Assembly: GCA_041648395.1 (NCBI GenBank)
Contig: JBAZPC010000003.1
Span: forward strand, 12,801-76,800
Reading direction: 5' to 3'
DNA: 64,000 bases
DNA from: Minisyncoccota bacterium
Lineage (GTDB): Bacteria > Patescibacteriota > Minisyncoccia > UBA9983
The position numbers were made by a program, and so were the translations under genes. This document shows, in pieces, positions 9,151 to 18,337 of the stretch; within the stretch, counting starts at the first letter, position 1, and each line of letters starts with the position of its first letter. A model generated the notes under the pieces. It was not told the origin of the DNA and did no database searches. It saw only the letters and a list, made by a program, of their open reading frames with translations.

Positions 9151-9987
9151 CTATTTTTGTTCAATATTTTCCAATGGACTTTTAATATTTCTAATTGCCG
9201 GATTGGTGACTTTGGTATAAAGTTGAGTCGTTCTAATATTTTGATGCCCTAATAATTCCTGCACATAACGCACATCCACACCGTTTTCTAATAAATGTGT
9301 GGCAAAACTATGGCGAAGAGAATGAAAAGTGGCGTCTTTTTGAATACCTGCCTTTTTTAATCCGTTTTCAAAAACTTTCTGTGCCGTGCGTTCCGTTAAT
9401 TTTCCTCCCCTGCCGTTCTCAAAAAAGTAATCGTCAACCGGTCTGCTTGTTGCTAAATTTATAATGTCATTTTTGAGCTTCTCGGGGAAAATAGTTATGC
9501 GGTCTTTATCTCCCTTTGCCCCCTTAATATGGATTGTTAATTCTTCAATATTTATATCTTTAATTCTCAAATTTGTTGCTTCACTAACTCGAAAACCGGT
9601 GCCATAAGATAAAGCGATAATTAATTTATGCTTCTGATTTGAAATTGCGTTTATAATATTTTCTATTTCTATCCGAGAAAGAACGACCGGAAGTTTTTTT
9701 GAAGTTTTGGCAAATTTCAAATCAACCGCAATAGCAGATTTCATTACATCGCGGTAAAAATATTTAATCGCGTTAAGATAAAGATTGATGGTTTGCGATG
9801 ATTGCCTCCTTTCCTGTTTTTCTAACAGATATTTTTTGATTACATCAATATTCGGATCTTTTCCAATGGTTCCGATAAAACGAAAAAAATCAGAAAGGCA
9901 TAAAAGGTAGCTCTTAATTGTCTTCCGGCTATAATTGCGCAATTTTAGCTCAATTTCAGTTTTTTGTAATAATTCTTGTAATTGCAT
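9151..9987 (-). CDS. tyrosine recombinase/integrase, integron-associated, lacking the IntI-specific insertion
   Basis: SAM-like N-terminus LRNYSRKTIKSY; GFRVSE, KGAKGDKDR, HSLRHSFATHLL, LLGH, TTQLY. Confidence 0.92.
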   Translation of the reverse strand: MQLQELLQKTEIELKLRNYSRKTIKSYLLCLSDFFRFIGTIGKDPNIDVIKKYLLEKQERRQSSQTINLYLNAIKYFYRDVMKSAIAVDLKFAKTSKKLPVVLSRIEIENIINAISNQKHKLIIALSYGTGFRVSEATNLRIKDINIEELTIHIKGAKGDKDRITIFPEKLKNDIINLATSRPVDDYFFENGRGGKLTERTAQKVFENGLKKAGIQKDATFHSLRHSFATHLLENGVDVRYVQELLGHQNIRTTQLYTKVTNPAIRNIKSPLENIEQK

Positions 9988-10038
9988 AAAATTTATATTA
10001 TATTAAAACCAGTCGAAATTTAAGAAAATGCTATCATG

Positions 10039-10103
10039 TATTCGCACAATATACAAATTATAGCATATTAACAAACAATTATTCGCATAATAACGAGTTA
10101 GCT
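10039..10103 (+). other. putative attI-like site
   Basis: Direct repeats TATTCGCAYAATA (10039, 10080) followed by core GTTAGCT at 10097, upstream of the divergent integrase. Confidence 0.55.
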
Positions 10104-10158
10104 GAAATAGCAAAAAACAAAATTGGAAAAGTTATTTTTGGAAATTTTTTAACAAAAA

Positions 10159-10187
10159 AATCCCGAGATAAAAATCATCTCGGGATT
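10159..10187 (-). terminator. intrinsic terminator of the cassette gene
   Basis: AATCCCGAGAT/ATCTCGGGATT stem with T-run on the minus strand. Confidence 0.7.
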
Positions 10188-10211
10188 GATAATGGCTAAC
10201 CTGAACCGCGC

Positions 10212-10574
10212 CTAGATAGCGAGATAAACCTCTTTGATTGGCATTCCCTCGTAGGTGCATGGGAGGTCTTCGCGGTGAAGACGGAAAAATATTTGCCCAT
10301 CCTGCTTGGTTTCGACAAAGCCACCACCTGAAGCATACTTGTGACCATGGGTAACATCGATCACTTTCATTTCAGCGTTCAGCATACCAATCGCGACCTT
10401 GGCGTCGTACAGCTCAGAAAAGTTAGCTCCTTCTGTGGGCAAACATTTTTCCGGCGATCCGAACACTACACAGTATCCGATATCCTCGCTGATTTTTGCG
10501 AAAAATAGAAGCGTGTGCTCATCAGATACACCCTGTACTATTACAACACCCATCTTTCCAATCGTAACTTTCAT
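10212..10574 (-). CDS. cassette-borne orphan protein
   Basis: 120-aa ORF, SD AGGAGG, own promoter and terminator. Confidence 0.75.
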   Translation of the reverse strand: MKVTIGKMGVVIVQGVSDEHTLLFFAKISEDIGYCVVFGSPEKCLPTEGANFSELYDAKVAIGMLNAEMKVIDVTHGHKYASGGGFVETKQDGQIFFRLHREDLPCTYEGMPIKEVYLAI

Positions 10575-10672
10575 GTGTTCCTCCTATTCGTAGTTTTTTG
10601 TTAAAAAATTTCCAAAAATAACTTAGAAATCGACCTCACTAATGGCTTGTTTAATTTAAAGAGCTTTGTAGT

Positions 10673-10700
10673 AGTATACAAATTTTGATAGAAATGTCAA
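10673..10700 (-). promoter_or_regulatory. sigma70-type promoter
   Basis: TTGACA-16-TATACT on the minus strand. Confidence 0.6.
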
Positions 10701-10734
10701 CAGTCAGTCGATTTATTTTGTTTTTTGCTACATC

Positions 10735-10921
10735 AGCTAACACGGCACATGCGGTTAAAAAATTTTGCGTTATTAGACACTTAAATCAAGGTTTGCAAAA
10801 TTTTTGAACCCAAATTGCGCTGACGAAATGGTAAGTTTAGTGATATAATCAAGATAGGCGATAATTAACAAATTTAATCAATAATCCACGGCGCAACTTC
10901 GCATGTGCCGATACGTTAAGT
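10735..10921 (+). other. attC-like recombination site
   Basis: AGCTAAC (R'') ... GTTAAGT (R'); 11-bp stem CGGCACATGCG/CGCATGTGCCG plus internal hairpins. Confidence 0.7.
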
Positions 10922-10938
10922 GAAATAATTAAAGCATT

Positions 10939-11937
10939 TTAATTTAATTTTTTGTTTGCGATTTCATTTAATATTTGCCATCTCCTTTTTTTCTCCTCAA
11001 TTGGCACATTGTCTTTCATTTTTGCCGCCGGGGTGCCGGGGCGGGGAGAGTATTTGCCTATATACGCCTTACTGAATTTCAGTTCCTTGAATAATTTTAC
11101 CGTATTTTGGAATTGTTCTTTTGTTTCGCCCGGAAAACCGACAATTATATCCGTTGAAATTTTTACATCTGGAATGGCCTTGCGTATTTTTTTAATTAGG
11201 TTTTTGTAATGGCTGATAGTGTATTTTCTATTCATTTTTTTAAGAATTGCGTTGTCTCCTGACTGCGCTGGCAAGTGAATTTCTCTGGAGACCTTCTTAC
11301 TTTCACTTATTGTTTTTATTAACTTATCTGAAAAATCTTTTGGATGGCTGGACATAAAATAAATTTTAAAATTGTCCGGAATATCATTAATTATTTTCAA
11401 TAATTCGGGAAAACCATATTTATAACTGTTCACATTTTGGCCCAACAGCCAAATCTCTGTTGCTTTTCCGCCAGCTGGCGGATTTACCGCGTTTTTTATG
11501 TCTTGAATTATATTTTTTGCCGGCCGCGAACGCTCGCGGCCGCGGGTGTAAGGGACCGCGCAATATGTGCAAAAATTGTCGCAACCGGTCATTATGGGAA
11601 TATAAGTGGCATTAGAATTTGAGGCGATAGGTGTTAAATCAAAATATTCATCTGGATGCCAGAATTCTATGTTTTTATTTTTAGCTAATAGTTTTTTCTT
11701 ATCTTCTTTAAGAACACATCCGGCGATAATAATTTTTTTGTTTTTTAAATTTCTAATTTTCCCATAAACTCTGTTTGTCGCTGACTGCCTTACTGAACAA
11801 GCGTTAATAACCACGATGTCCGCCGATTCCGGCTTTGCCGTCATTTTATATCCGCTCATTTCCAATTTTCTCGCTATGCGCTCGCTGTCGGCCAAATTCG
11901 CCTGACAGCCAAAAGTAATGATGTGATAGGTTTTCAT
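10939..11937 (-). CDS. miaB: MiaB-family radical SAM methylthiotransferase (short, no TRAM domain)
   Basis: TFGCQAN, NACSVR, GCDNFCTYC, DIIVGFPGET; start moved to ATG 11937 because the upstream ORF overlaps a tRNA remnant. Confidence 0.88.
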   Translation of the reverse strand: MKTYHIITFGCQANLADSERIARKLEMSGYKMTAKPESADIVVINACSVRQSATNRVYGKIRNLKNKKIIIAGCVLKEDKKKLLAKNKNIEFWHPDEYFDLTPIASNSNATYIPIMTGCDNFCTYCAVPYTRGRERSRPAKNIIQDIKNAVNPPAGGKATEIWLLGQNVNSYKYGFPELLKIINDIPDNFKIYFMSSHPKDFSDKLIKTISESKKVSREIHLPAQSGDNAILKKMNRKYTISHYKNLIKKIRKAIPDVKISTDIIVGFPGETKEQFQNTVKLFKELKFSKAYIGKYSPRPGTPAAKMKDNVPIEEKKRRWQILNEIANKKLN

Positions 11938-11941
11938 TTTA

Positions 11942-12182
11942 TGCCCGGGAGAGGGGTCGAACCTCCATGGGATTACTCCCACACGATTTTGAGTCGTGCG
12001 CGCCCCGCACTAAATTTTCCCGATGCCGAAGGAGGGGGTCGAACCCTCATGGAATTACTTCCACACGATTTTGAGTCGTGCGCGTCTGCCAATTCCGCCA
12101 CTTCGGCAAAATTAGTGCGGGGTAAATCTGCCAACCTGCCCCGTAGTTAATGCAAAGCATTATACTTCGGGGTTCCGCCACT
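11942..12182 (-). pseudogene. interrupted second tRNA-Leu(CAA) copy
   Basis: 3' part 11942-12002; pieces TCTGCCAA (12127-12134) and TTCCGCCACT (12173-12182) separated by two palindromic insertions; 5' acceptor strand does not match. Confidence 0.7.
12024..12107 (-). tRNA. tRNA-Leu(CAA)
   Basis: GCCGAAG/CTTCGGC acceptor, CACGA-CTCAAAA-TCGTG, long variable arm. Confidence 0.93.
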
Positions 12183-12238
12183 TTCTGAATCTTAATAAAT
12201 TTGCGTTCAAAAATCAATTTTAGTATAATTCCACTATT

Positions 12239-13207
12239 ATGGCGCTTAATATAAATCCAAACGAAGGACTTAGAAAACCAATGAGCGTATTTTGGATAGA
12301 GGTTGAGAAAATTAATCCCAACCCTATGCAACCGCGTTCGGATTTTAACGAAGAACGGCTTGCTGATTTAGCGGAATCAATCAGGCAATACGGCGTGCTT
12401 CAGCCCCTCGTTGTCACAAGAAAAGAAATAGAAATTCCCAACGGCGCGAGGGTTGAATACGAACTCATCGCCGGTGAGAGGCGCCTTCGCGCCTCCAGGA
12501 TGGCAGGTCTTTTTCAAGTTCCCGTCATAATTCGCGATGACTCCGACGACAAGGTCAAGCTTGAACTTGCCATCATAGAAAATCTCCAGCGCGAGGATTT
12601 AAATCCCCTTGAACGCGCCTGGGCCTTCAAAAAATTAATTGACAGCTTTAATCTAAAGCATCACGAAGTCGGCCAGCGCGTGGGGAAAAGCAGGGTATTT
12701 GTCACCAACACTTTGAGAATTTTAAATCTGCCAGAAGAAATTCGGAAGGGATTGAGCGACGGAAATATTTCTGAAGGCCACACCCGTCCGCTTTTAATGT
12801 TAAGCGACAGAAAGGAAGACCAGATGAGATTGTTTCAAGAAATAATAAACAGAAAATTGAACGTGCGCGAGGCGGAAAACATATCAAGGAGAATTGCCGT
12901 GGAGCGAGCGAGAAGGAAAGATAATCTGCCCGACCATGAAACTAGAATTTTGGAGGAAAAATTGTCGGAAAATTTAGGAACGAGAGTGCAGATTGAACGC
13001 GACGGAGAAAAAAGAAAAATTCAAATAGAATTTTTCTCCGACGAGGAACTCCACGCCTTTTTAAAAAAAGTGATGAACACAAAAAGCGAAACTGATAATT
13101 TTTACGATGAATTTGAAAATCAAAATGAATTAGGCGAAGAAGATGTCCCAGTCGAATCAAAGCAACCGGAAGGGGAAGACGATTTAATAAATAATTTTTC
13201 TATTTGA
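12239..13207 (+). CDS. parB: ParB/Spo0J partition protein
   Basis: PNPMQPR, IAGERRLRA, ENLQREDLNPLE. Confidence 0.93.
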   Translation: MALNINPNEGLRKPMSVFWIEVEKINPNPMQPRSDFNEERLADLAESIRQYGVLQPLVVTRKEIEIPNGARVEYELIAGERRLRASRMAGLFQVPVIIRDDSDDKVKLELAIIENLQREDLNPLERAWAFKKLIDSFNLKHHEVGQRVGKSRVFVTNTLRILNLPEEIRKGLSDGNISEGHTRPLLMLSDRKEDQMRLFQEIINRKLNVREAENISRRIAVERARRKDNLPDHETRILEEKLSENLGTRVQIERDGEKRKIQIEFFSDEELHAFLKKVMNTKSETDNFYDEFENQNELGEEDVPVESKQPEGEDDLINNFSI

Positions 13208-14635
13208 CCTCACTTTTGATTTAATTTGTTTTCTGGCGAAAGTGGTTTTGGCGTGTTTAAGCCACTCGGCGCTCGGCTTTTTGTTTTTTTGCGTTTTGAT
13301 TTCAATGATATCTCCGTTTTTTAAGGTAGTATCCAATGACACAAATTTGTGATTAATGACGGCGCCGTTGGCGCTGTTGCCGATGTCGGAATGCACGGCG
13401 TAGGCGAAATCAATCGCCGTTGAACCTTCCGGCAGGTCAATAACATCACCTATGGGTGTAAAACAAAATACCCTGTCTTTAAAAAAATCTATTCTTAATG
13501 TTTCTAAAAAATCTTTTGAACCGGAAACGCCTGCCTGCCATCCGATAAGCTGATTTACCCAGGCGAGATGGGGATGAAATTTTCCGCCTTCGTCCGGCTT
13601 GCCCGATTCCGCGTAGGCCCAGTGGGCGGCAATGCCGTGCTCGGCCTCCTCGTGCATTTTTTCCGTCCGTATTTGAATTTCTATTATTATCCCGTCCGTG
13701 GCGAAGACGGTAGTGTGCAAGCTTTGGTAGCCGTTCGGTTTCGGCGTGGCGATGTAGTCCTTTATTCTTCCTGGCAAGGGTCTCCATAATTTATGGATTA
13801 TGCCGAGGATTTTATAACAGTCCTCAATGGTTTTGACGATGATTCTTATGGCAATGAAGTCGTAAATTTTATCTATATTCATTTCCACTTCCGGCGTCTG
13901 AAGTTTCTTGAATAAGCTGTAGAGATGCTTGACCCTTGAGTCCATTTTAAAATCTTTTACGCCGTTTTTTGAAAACTCCTTTTGCAGTTCTTTTTTCACT
14001 TTTTCCAAGTCCTTTTCTTTTTCTTCATATTTTTCTTTCAGTATTTTTATGATTTCTTTGTATTCTTCCGGATGGGCGAAGGGGAATGCCAAATCTTCAA
14101 GCTCTCCTTTCAACTCTCCCATACCCAGCCGGTTTGAGAGCGGGGCGAAAATTTCCAATGTTTCCACAGCGATTCTTTTTTGTTTTTCCTTCGGCACATG
14201 CTCAAGGGTCTCCATGTTGTGAAGGCGGTCGGCTAGTTTAATAAGAACAACGCGGATGTCTTTTGCCATAGCCAAAAACATTTTGCGCAGATTTTCAACT
14301 TGCCGTTCTTCACCGCGGTATTTTAACGTGCCGAGTTTTGTGACGCCGGCGACCAAAAAAGAAATTTCCTCCCCAAATTCTTTTTTCAATTGTTTCTCGG
14401 TTATTCCCGTGTCCTCATAGATGTCGTGAAGAAGTCCTGCGGAGATTGCCTTAGCGTCAAGTTGAAGGTGGGCAAGCGTTTTGGCGGTTTCAAAGGGATG
14501 GGCGAAATACGGCTCGTCGGAAAATCTTTTTTGTCCTTCATGTGCCTGCCTTGCGAACTCAAAAGCGCGGGTAATCAGATCAATATCCGCCCTTGATGGC
14601 CTTTTCAGAATGTTGATAATTTCGTTGACATCCAT
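13184..14635 (-). CDS. RelA/SpoT (p)ppGpp synthetase/hydrolase (HD-SYNTH-TGS)
   Basis: AHEGQKR, LLHD, KLADRLHNM, KDYIATPKPNGYQSLHT, DFAYAVHS. Confidence 0.93.
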   Translation of the reverse strand: MDVNEIINILKRPSRADIDLITRAFEFARQAHEGQKRFSDEPYFAHPFETAKTLAHLQLDAKAISAGLLHDIYEDTGITEKQLKKEFGEEISFLVAGVTKLGTLKYRGEERQVENLRKMFLAMAKDIRVVLIKLADRLHNMETLEHVPKEKQKRIAVETLEIFAPLSNRLGMGELKGELEDLAFPFAHPEEYKEIIKILKEKYEEKEKDLEKVKKELQKEFSKNGVKDFKMDSRVKHLYSLFKKLQTPEVEMNIDKIYDFIAIRIIVKTIEDCYKILGIIHKLWRPLPGRIKDYIATPKPNGYQSLHTTVFATDGIIIEIQIRTEKMHEEAEHGIAAHWAYAESGKPDEGGKFHPHLAWVNQLIGWQAGVSGSKDFLETLRIDFFKDRVFCFTPIGDVIDLPEGSTAIDFAYAVHSDIGNSANGAVINHKFVSLDTTLKNGDIIEIKTQKNKKPSAEWLKHAKTTFARKQIKSKVRSNRKIIY

Positions 14636-14680
14636 TGTGTTGTATAGTATACTCTCTTTTAGAATAAAAATTAAGGATAT

Positions 14681-14762
14681 TGGGATGTAGCTCAGCCTGG
14701 TCTAGAGCGCCTGAACTTAAAATTCAGGAGGTCGCAGGTTCGAATCCTGCCATTCCCAACCA
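14681..14762 (+). tRNA. atypical tRNA/tRNA-like gene, apparent anticodon TAA
   Basis: D arm GCTC/GAGC, 6-bp anticodon stem, short variable loop, GGTTCGAATCC, bulged acceptor stem, encoded CCA. Confidence 0.65.
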
Positions 14763-14804
14763 AACCTTTTTTAGCACATTTTAAATTTAAGTAAGGAGGG
14801 AGAA

Positions 14805-15074
14805 ATGAAGCAAAAACAAAGATTGGAGCAAAAAACCACAATGAAGCAGGAATTTGATATGACTGACATGCAAAGCGTTTGCATTGGTGCTGATGTAAAG
14901 GCACAGGAACTGATTGAAAAACATAAAGGCAACAAAGGGGAGATTGAGAAAGAAATTCTTGAAATGGAAGTTCCTAAGGGAGTTGCAGATATAAAAGATT
15001 TCAATTACCGTGAAGAAATCTGGGGGGCTGCAAAATGGCTCATATCTTACTATAAACCCGGACTGGCGACTTAG
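14805..15074 (+). CDS. orphan protein
   Basis: 89 aa, SD TAAGGAGGG. Confidence 0.65.
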   Translation: MKQKQRLEQKTTMKQEFDMTDMQSVCIGADVKAQELIEKHKGNKGEIEKEILEMEVPKGVADIKDFNYREEIWGAAKWLISYYKPGLAT

Positions 15075-15089
15075 TCGCCAGTTTTTTTT
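15062..15089 (+). terminator. intrinsic terminator
   Basis: ACTGGCGACT-T-AGTCGCCAGT followed by T-run. Confidence 0.65.
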
Positions 15090-17262
15090 ATTTTTTATGC
15101 GGGTTATAGTTTGCGCACGATTTATTTGAACACCTTTCCGGAATTGTTTTTGTCCCCTCCATCATTAGCGAGCCGCAGGTTTTGCAAACATTTCCCGTAG
15201 GCCGTGATTTCATTATGAATCTGCATTTCGGATAATTATTGCAGGAAAAAAACGGGCCGAATTTGCCGCGGCGCTCCGTGATTTCCCCTCCGCCAGCTGG
15301 CGGATTGCATTTTGGGCATTTCACCCCCGTTTTTTCTTTTGCCTCCTGCTCCGCGCTTTTTTTAATAAATTTGCATTTCGGATAATTGTTGCAGGAAATG
15401 AATTTGCCGAAACGGCCTTCGCGTTCTATTAATTTTCCTGTCGCGCACTCCGGACACGCCTCGCCTGTTTCCTTTGGCCCTTCCATTATTGAACCGTCTA
15501 TTTTACGCGCGCCGGAGCATTTTGGAAATTTCGCGCAGCTCAAAAATCTTCCGTTGCGGGAAAGTTTTATAACCATTGGCCCTCCGCAGACGGGGCATTT
15601 GTGCTCATCGCCGGCCTCACCAAGGTTCGTTATTTTCTCCGCCGTTTTTTCTTTTAATTTCACGTCTTTGGAAAACGGTCCGTAGAAGTCCTTCAGCATT
15701 TTCTCGTATTTTCTTTTCCCTTCGGCTATTTCGTCCAGCTCTTTTTCCATCTCGGCGGTGAACGAGTCGCTGATGTATTGAGCAAAATTTTGTTCCAAGA
15801 AATCGCTTACCACTTCGCCGGTGTCGGTGGGCTTCAGCGCTCTGCCTTCTTTAATGACATAACCGCGGTCGTTGATTGTTTTTATTATTGAAGCGTAAGT
15901 GCTCGGCCGGCCGATGTCTCTTTTCTCCAACTCCTTGATTAGGCCCGCCTCGGTGTATCTCGGCGGCGGCTCGGTTTGCTTCCCTTCGCTTCCAATATTC
16001 AATAACTCCAAAGATTCTCCTTTTGTCAGCTTCGGCAACTCCACATCCTCTCCGCGCGCCGCTGGATCGGCGACAAGCCAGCCAGGGAAAATCATAATAC
16101 TGCCGTTTGCGGAAAAATTTGGAATTTCTCCTTCATCTATATTGGCGCTCACTTTTGTCCGCAGAATTTTCGCGTCCGCCATCTGCGAGGCGACAGTTCT
16201 CTCCCAAATGAGTTTGTAAAGTTTTTTCTGCTCGTCGTTCGCGCCGGCGGATTTCATTCCGAAATTTGTCGGCCGTACCGCTTCGTGCGCTTCCTGCGCC
16301 GTTTTGCTTTTTGACGCGTAGGTACGTGGCAACAAAAATTCTTTTCCGAATTGTTTTTCAATCGTCGCGTAAATTTGCGGTAGCGCTTCTTTGCTGACAT
16401 TTACGCTGTCGGTTCTCATGTAAGTGATAAGACCTTGTTCGTAAAGTTTTTGGGCGACGGACATCGTGCGCGACGGCGCGTATCCCAAGCGCGAGCTGGC
16501 GGTTTGCTGGAGAGTTGAGGTAATGAACGGCGGCCGCGGCGAACGCTTTGCTTCGGTTTGGGTTACATCAACTATTTGCCATTTATTTTTTTTGGCGGCT
16601 TCAATAATTCTTTCCGTTTCTTTTTCGTTTTTTGGCTGTTCATCGCAAGTGAGAATTATTTTATCTTTATTTTCAGTGGAAAATTCTCCGCTTATTACCC
16701 AAAAATTTTCCGGAACAAAAGCGCGAATTTCGCGTTCGCGTTCCATAATTATGCGCAGGGCGGGGGATTGCACACGCCCCGCGGATAGCCCGTAACGGAC
16801 TTTTTTCCATATCAAGCCACTCAAATCGTAGCCGACCAGGCGGTCCAAAACACGGCGCGCCTCTTGCGCCTTCACTAAATCCGCGTCAATATCGCGCGGA
16901 TGTTTTATTGCTTCTTTTATCGCGCTTTCGGTAATTTCGTTAAAAACGATGCGTTTCGGTTTTTTCAGCTCACATGCTTCTTTGATGTGCCAGGCAATCG
17001 ATTCTCCCTCGCGGTCGGGGTCGGTGGCGAGAATGACTTCGCTGGCTTTCTTTGAGAGATCTTTTATTTCTCTGATGACTTTTTCTTTTCCGTGAGAGAT
17101 TTCATAGCGGGGAACAAAGCCGGCAGGGATGTCGATGGCCGTCTTGTTGCTTTTCGGCAGATCGCGAACATGCCCCACGCTGGCGCGGATAATATATTCG
17201 TCTCCCAAATATTTTGAGATTGTTTTTGTTTTTGTCGGCGATTCAACAATAACTAGTTTCAT
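15088..17262 (-). CDS. topA: DNA topoisomerase I with C-terminal Zn ribbons
   Basis: LVIVESPTK, ATDPDREGE, SAGRVQS, ITYMRTDS. Confidence 0.97.
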   Translation of the reverse strand: MKLVIVESPTKTKTISKYLGDEYIIRASVGHVRDLPKSNKTAIDIPAGFVPRYEISHGKEKVIREIKDLSKKASEVILATDPDREGESIAWHIKEACELKKPKRIVFNEITESAIKEAIKHPRDIDADLVKAQEARRVLDRLVGYDLSGLIWKKVRYGLSAGRVQSPALRIIMEREREIRAFVPENFWVISGEFSTENKDKIILTCDEQPKNEKETERIIEAAKKNKWQIVDVTQTEAKRSPRPPFITSTLQQTASSRLGYAPSRTMSVAQKLYEQGLITYMRTDSVNVSKEALPQIYATIEKQFGKEFLLPRTYASKSKTAQEAHEAVRPTNFGMKSAGANDEQKKLYKLIWERTVASQMADAKILRTKVSANIDEGEIPNFSANGSIMIFPGWLVADPAARGEDVELPKLTKGESLELLNIGSEGKQTEPPPRYTEAGLIKELEKRDIGRPSTYASIIKTINDRGYVIKEGRALKPTDTGEVVSDFLEQNFAQYISDSFTAEMEKELDEIAEGKRKYEKMLKDFYGPFSKDVKLKEKTAEKITNLGEAGDEHKCPVCGGPMVIKLSRNGRFLSCAKFPKCSGARKIDGSIMEGPKETGEACPECATGKLIEREGRFGKFISCNNYPKCKFIKKSAEQEAKEKTGVKCPKCNPPAGGGEITERRGKFGPFFSCNNYPKCRFIMKSRPTGNVCKTCGSLMMEGTKTIPERCSNKSCANYNPHKK

Positions 17263-17296
17263 TAATTATGAAGAGTATTTCATTATTTTAATCTTG

Positions 17297-18151
17297 TCAA
17301 ATTTTGCGGATTTCGCCGCCGGATTCTTTAATGTAGCCGTTGAGTTGCATCATGGAAAGGGCAGGGCTTATTTCGTGCGCTGGCAGGTCCAGTTTTCTGA
17401 TGAGTTCGTCTTTTGACATCGGGTCAGTGAGCGCTTCCATAATTTTTTGTTCAAGAGGCGAGAGCGATTGAAGGTCTAGTTTCAAATTTTCTCCTTCGCG
17501 TACGATATCAAAGGCGTCCAAAATATCATCGGCGGAAGTGACAGGAATTGCGCCCATTTTAATTAATTTATTCGTACCTTTGGAATTTTCCTGAAAAATT
17601 GAGCCGGGCACGGCAAAAACATCTCTATTGAAATCCAGAGAAAAATTGGCGGTAATGAGCGCGCCACTTTTTTCCGGCGCCTCTATTACCAATGTGCCTC
17701 TGCACAGGCCGGCGATAATTCTGTTCCTTTGGGGAAAAGTGTGGAGTCCGGCCGGATAATCCCATGGGAATTCGGAAACAAGCGCTCCGCCGGCGCTCAC
17801 AATATCTTCTGCCAATTTTTTATGAGAATGGGGATGGAGAACTTTTTCGTCCAAGCCGGAACCGGGCACGGCAATGGTCGGCAGATTATTTTCAATTGCC
17901 GCGCGGTGGGCGATGGAGTCAATGCCAAGCGCCAATCCGCTCACGATAACGAAGCCGTAACCTCTCAACCCTTCAATAATTTTCTCGCACACCTCTTTTC
18001 CGTAATTGGAAAATTTACGCGTGCCGACAACCGCTAGCCAAATTAAATCTTCGCTTGGCAACTCGCCGATGACATACAAATCCTTCGGCGGGGAAGGAAT
18101 TTCTTTAAGTAAGGCAGGAAATTGGTTTTGTTTCAAAGTTTTTCTTTGCAT
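17297..18151 (-). CDS. dprA: DNA-processing protein DprA
   Basis: AVVGTR, VSGLALGID, FPQRNRII, SGALITA. Confidence 0.95.
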   Translation of the reverse strand: MQRKTLKQNQFPALLKEIPSPPKDLYVIGELPSEDLIWLAVVGTRKFSNYGKEVCEKIIEGLRGYGFVIVSGLALGIDSIAHRAAIENNLPTIAVPGSGLDEKVLHPHSHKKLAEDIVSAGGALVSEFPWDYPAGLHTFPQRNRIIAGLCRGTLVIEAPEKSGALITANFSLDFNRDVFAVPGSIFQENSKGTNKLIKMGAIPVTSADDILDAFDIVREGENLKLDLQSLSPLEQKIMEALTDPMSKDELIRKLDLPAHEISPALSMMQLNGYIKESGGEIRKI

Positions 18152-18249
18152 AATTACTATTCTAGCATATCAACTTAGTTTTTATTAAAATCTTTTTTAT
18201 ATCTTCCGCCAGTTAGCCAAATCACGCATATGCGGAAAATGACTAACTG

Positions 18250-18304
18250 AATTAGGTAAACTTGCAAAATTTTGGCGGAGGTGGTAGAAATTAGGGTAGA
18301 AAAA
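18250..18304 (+). repeat. promoter-like repeat, copy 1 (copy 2 at 18842-18896; related motif at 60378-60420)
   Basis: AAACTTGCAAAA..TT.GCGGAGGTGGTAG.AATTA shared. Confidence 0.7.
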
Positions 18305-18337
18305 GGTATTTTAAAAAACAAAAAGGAGGATAAGATA

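Noticed and set aside
11938-11982. MiaB N-terminal extension MGVIPWRFDPSPGHK
   Set aside because: It is translated tRNA-remnant sequence; the start is probably ATG 11937
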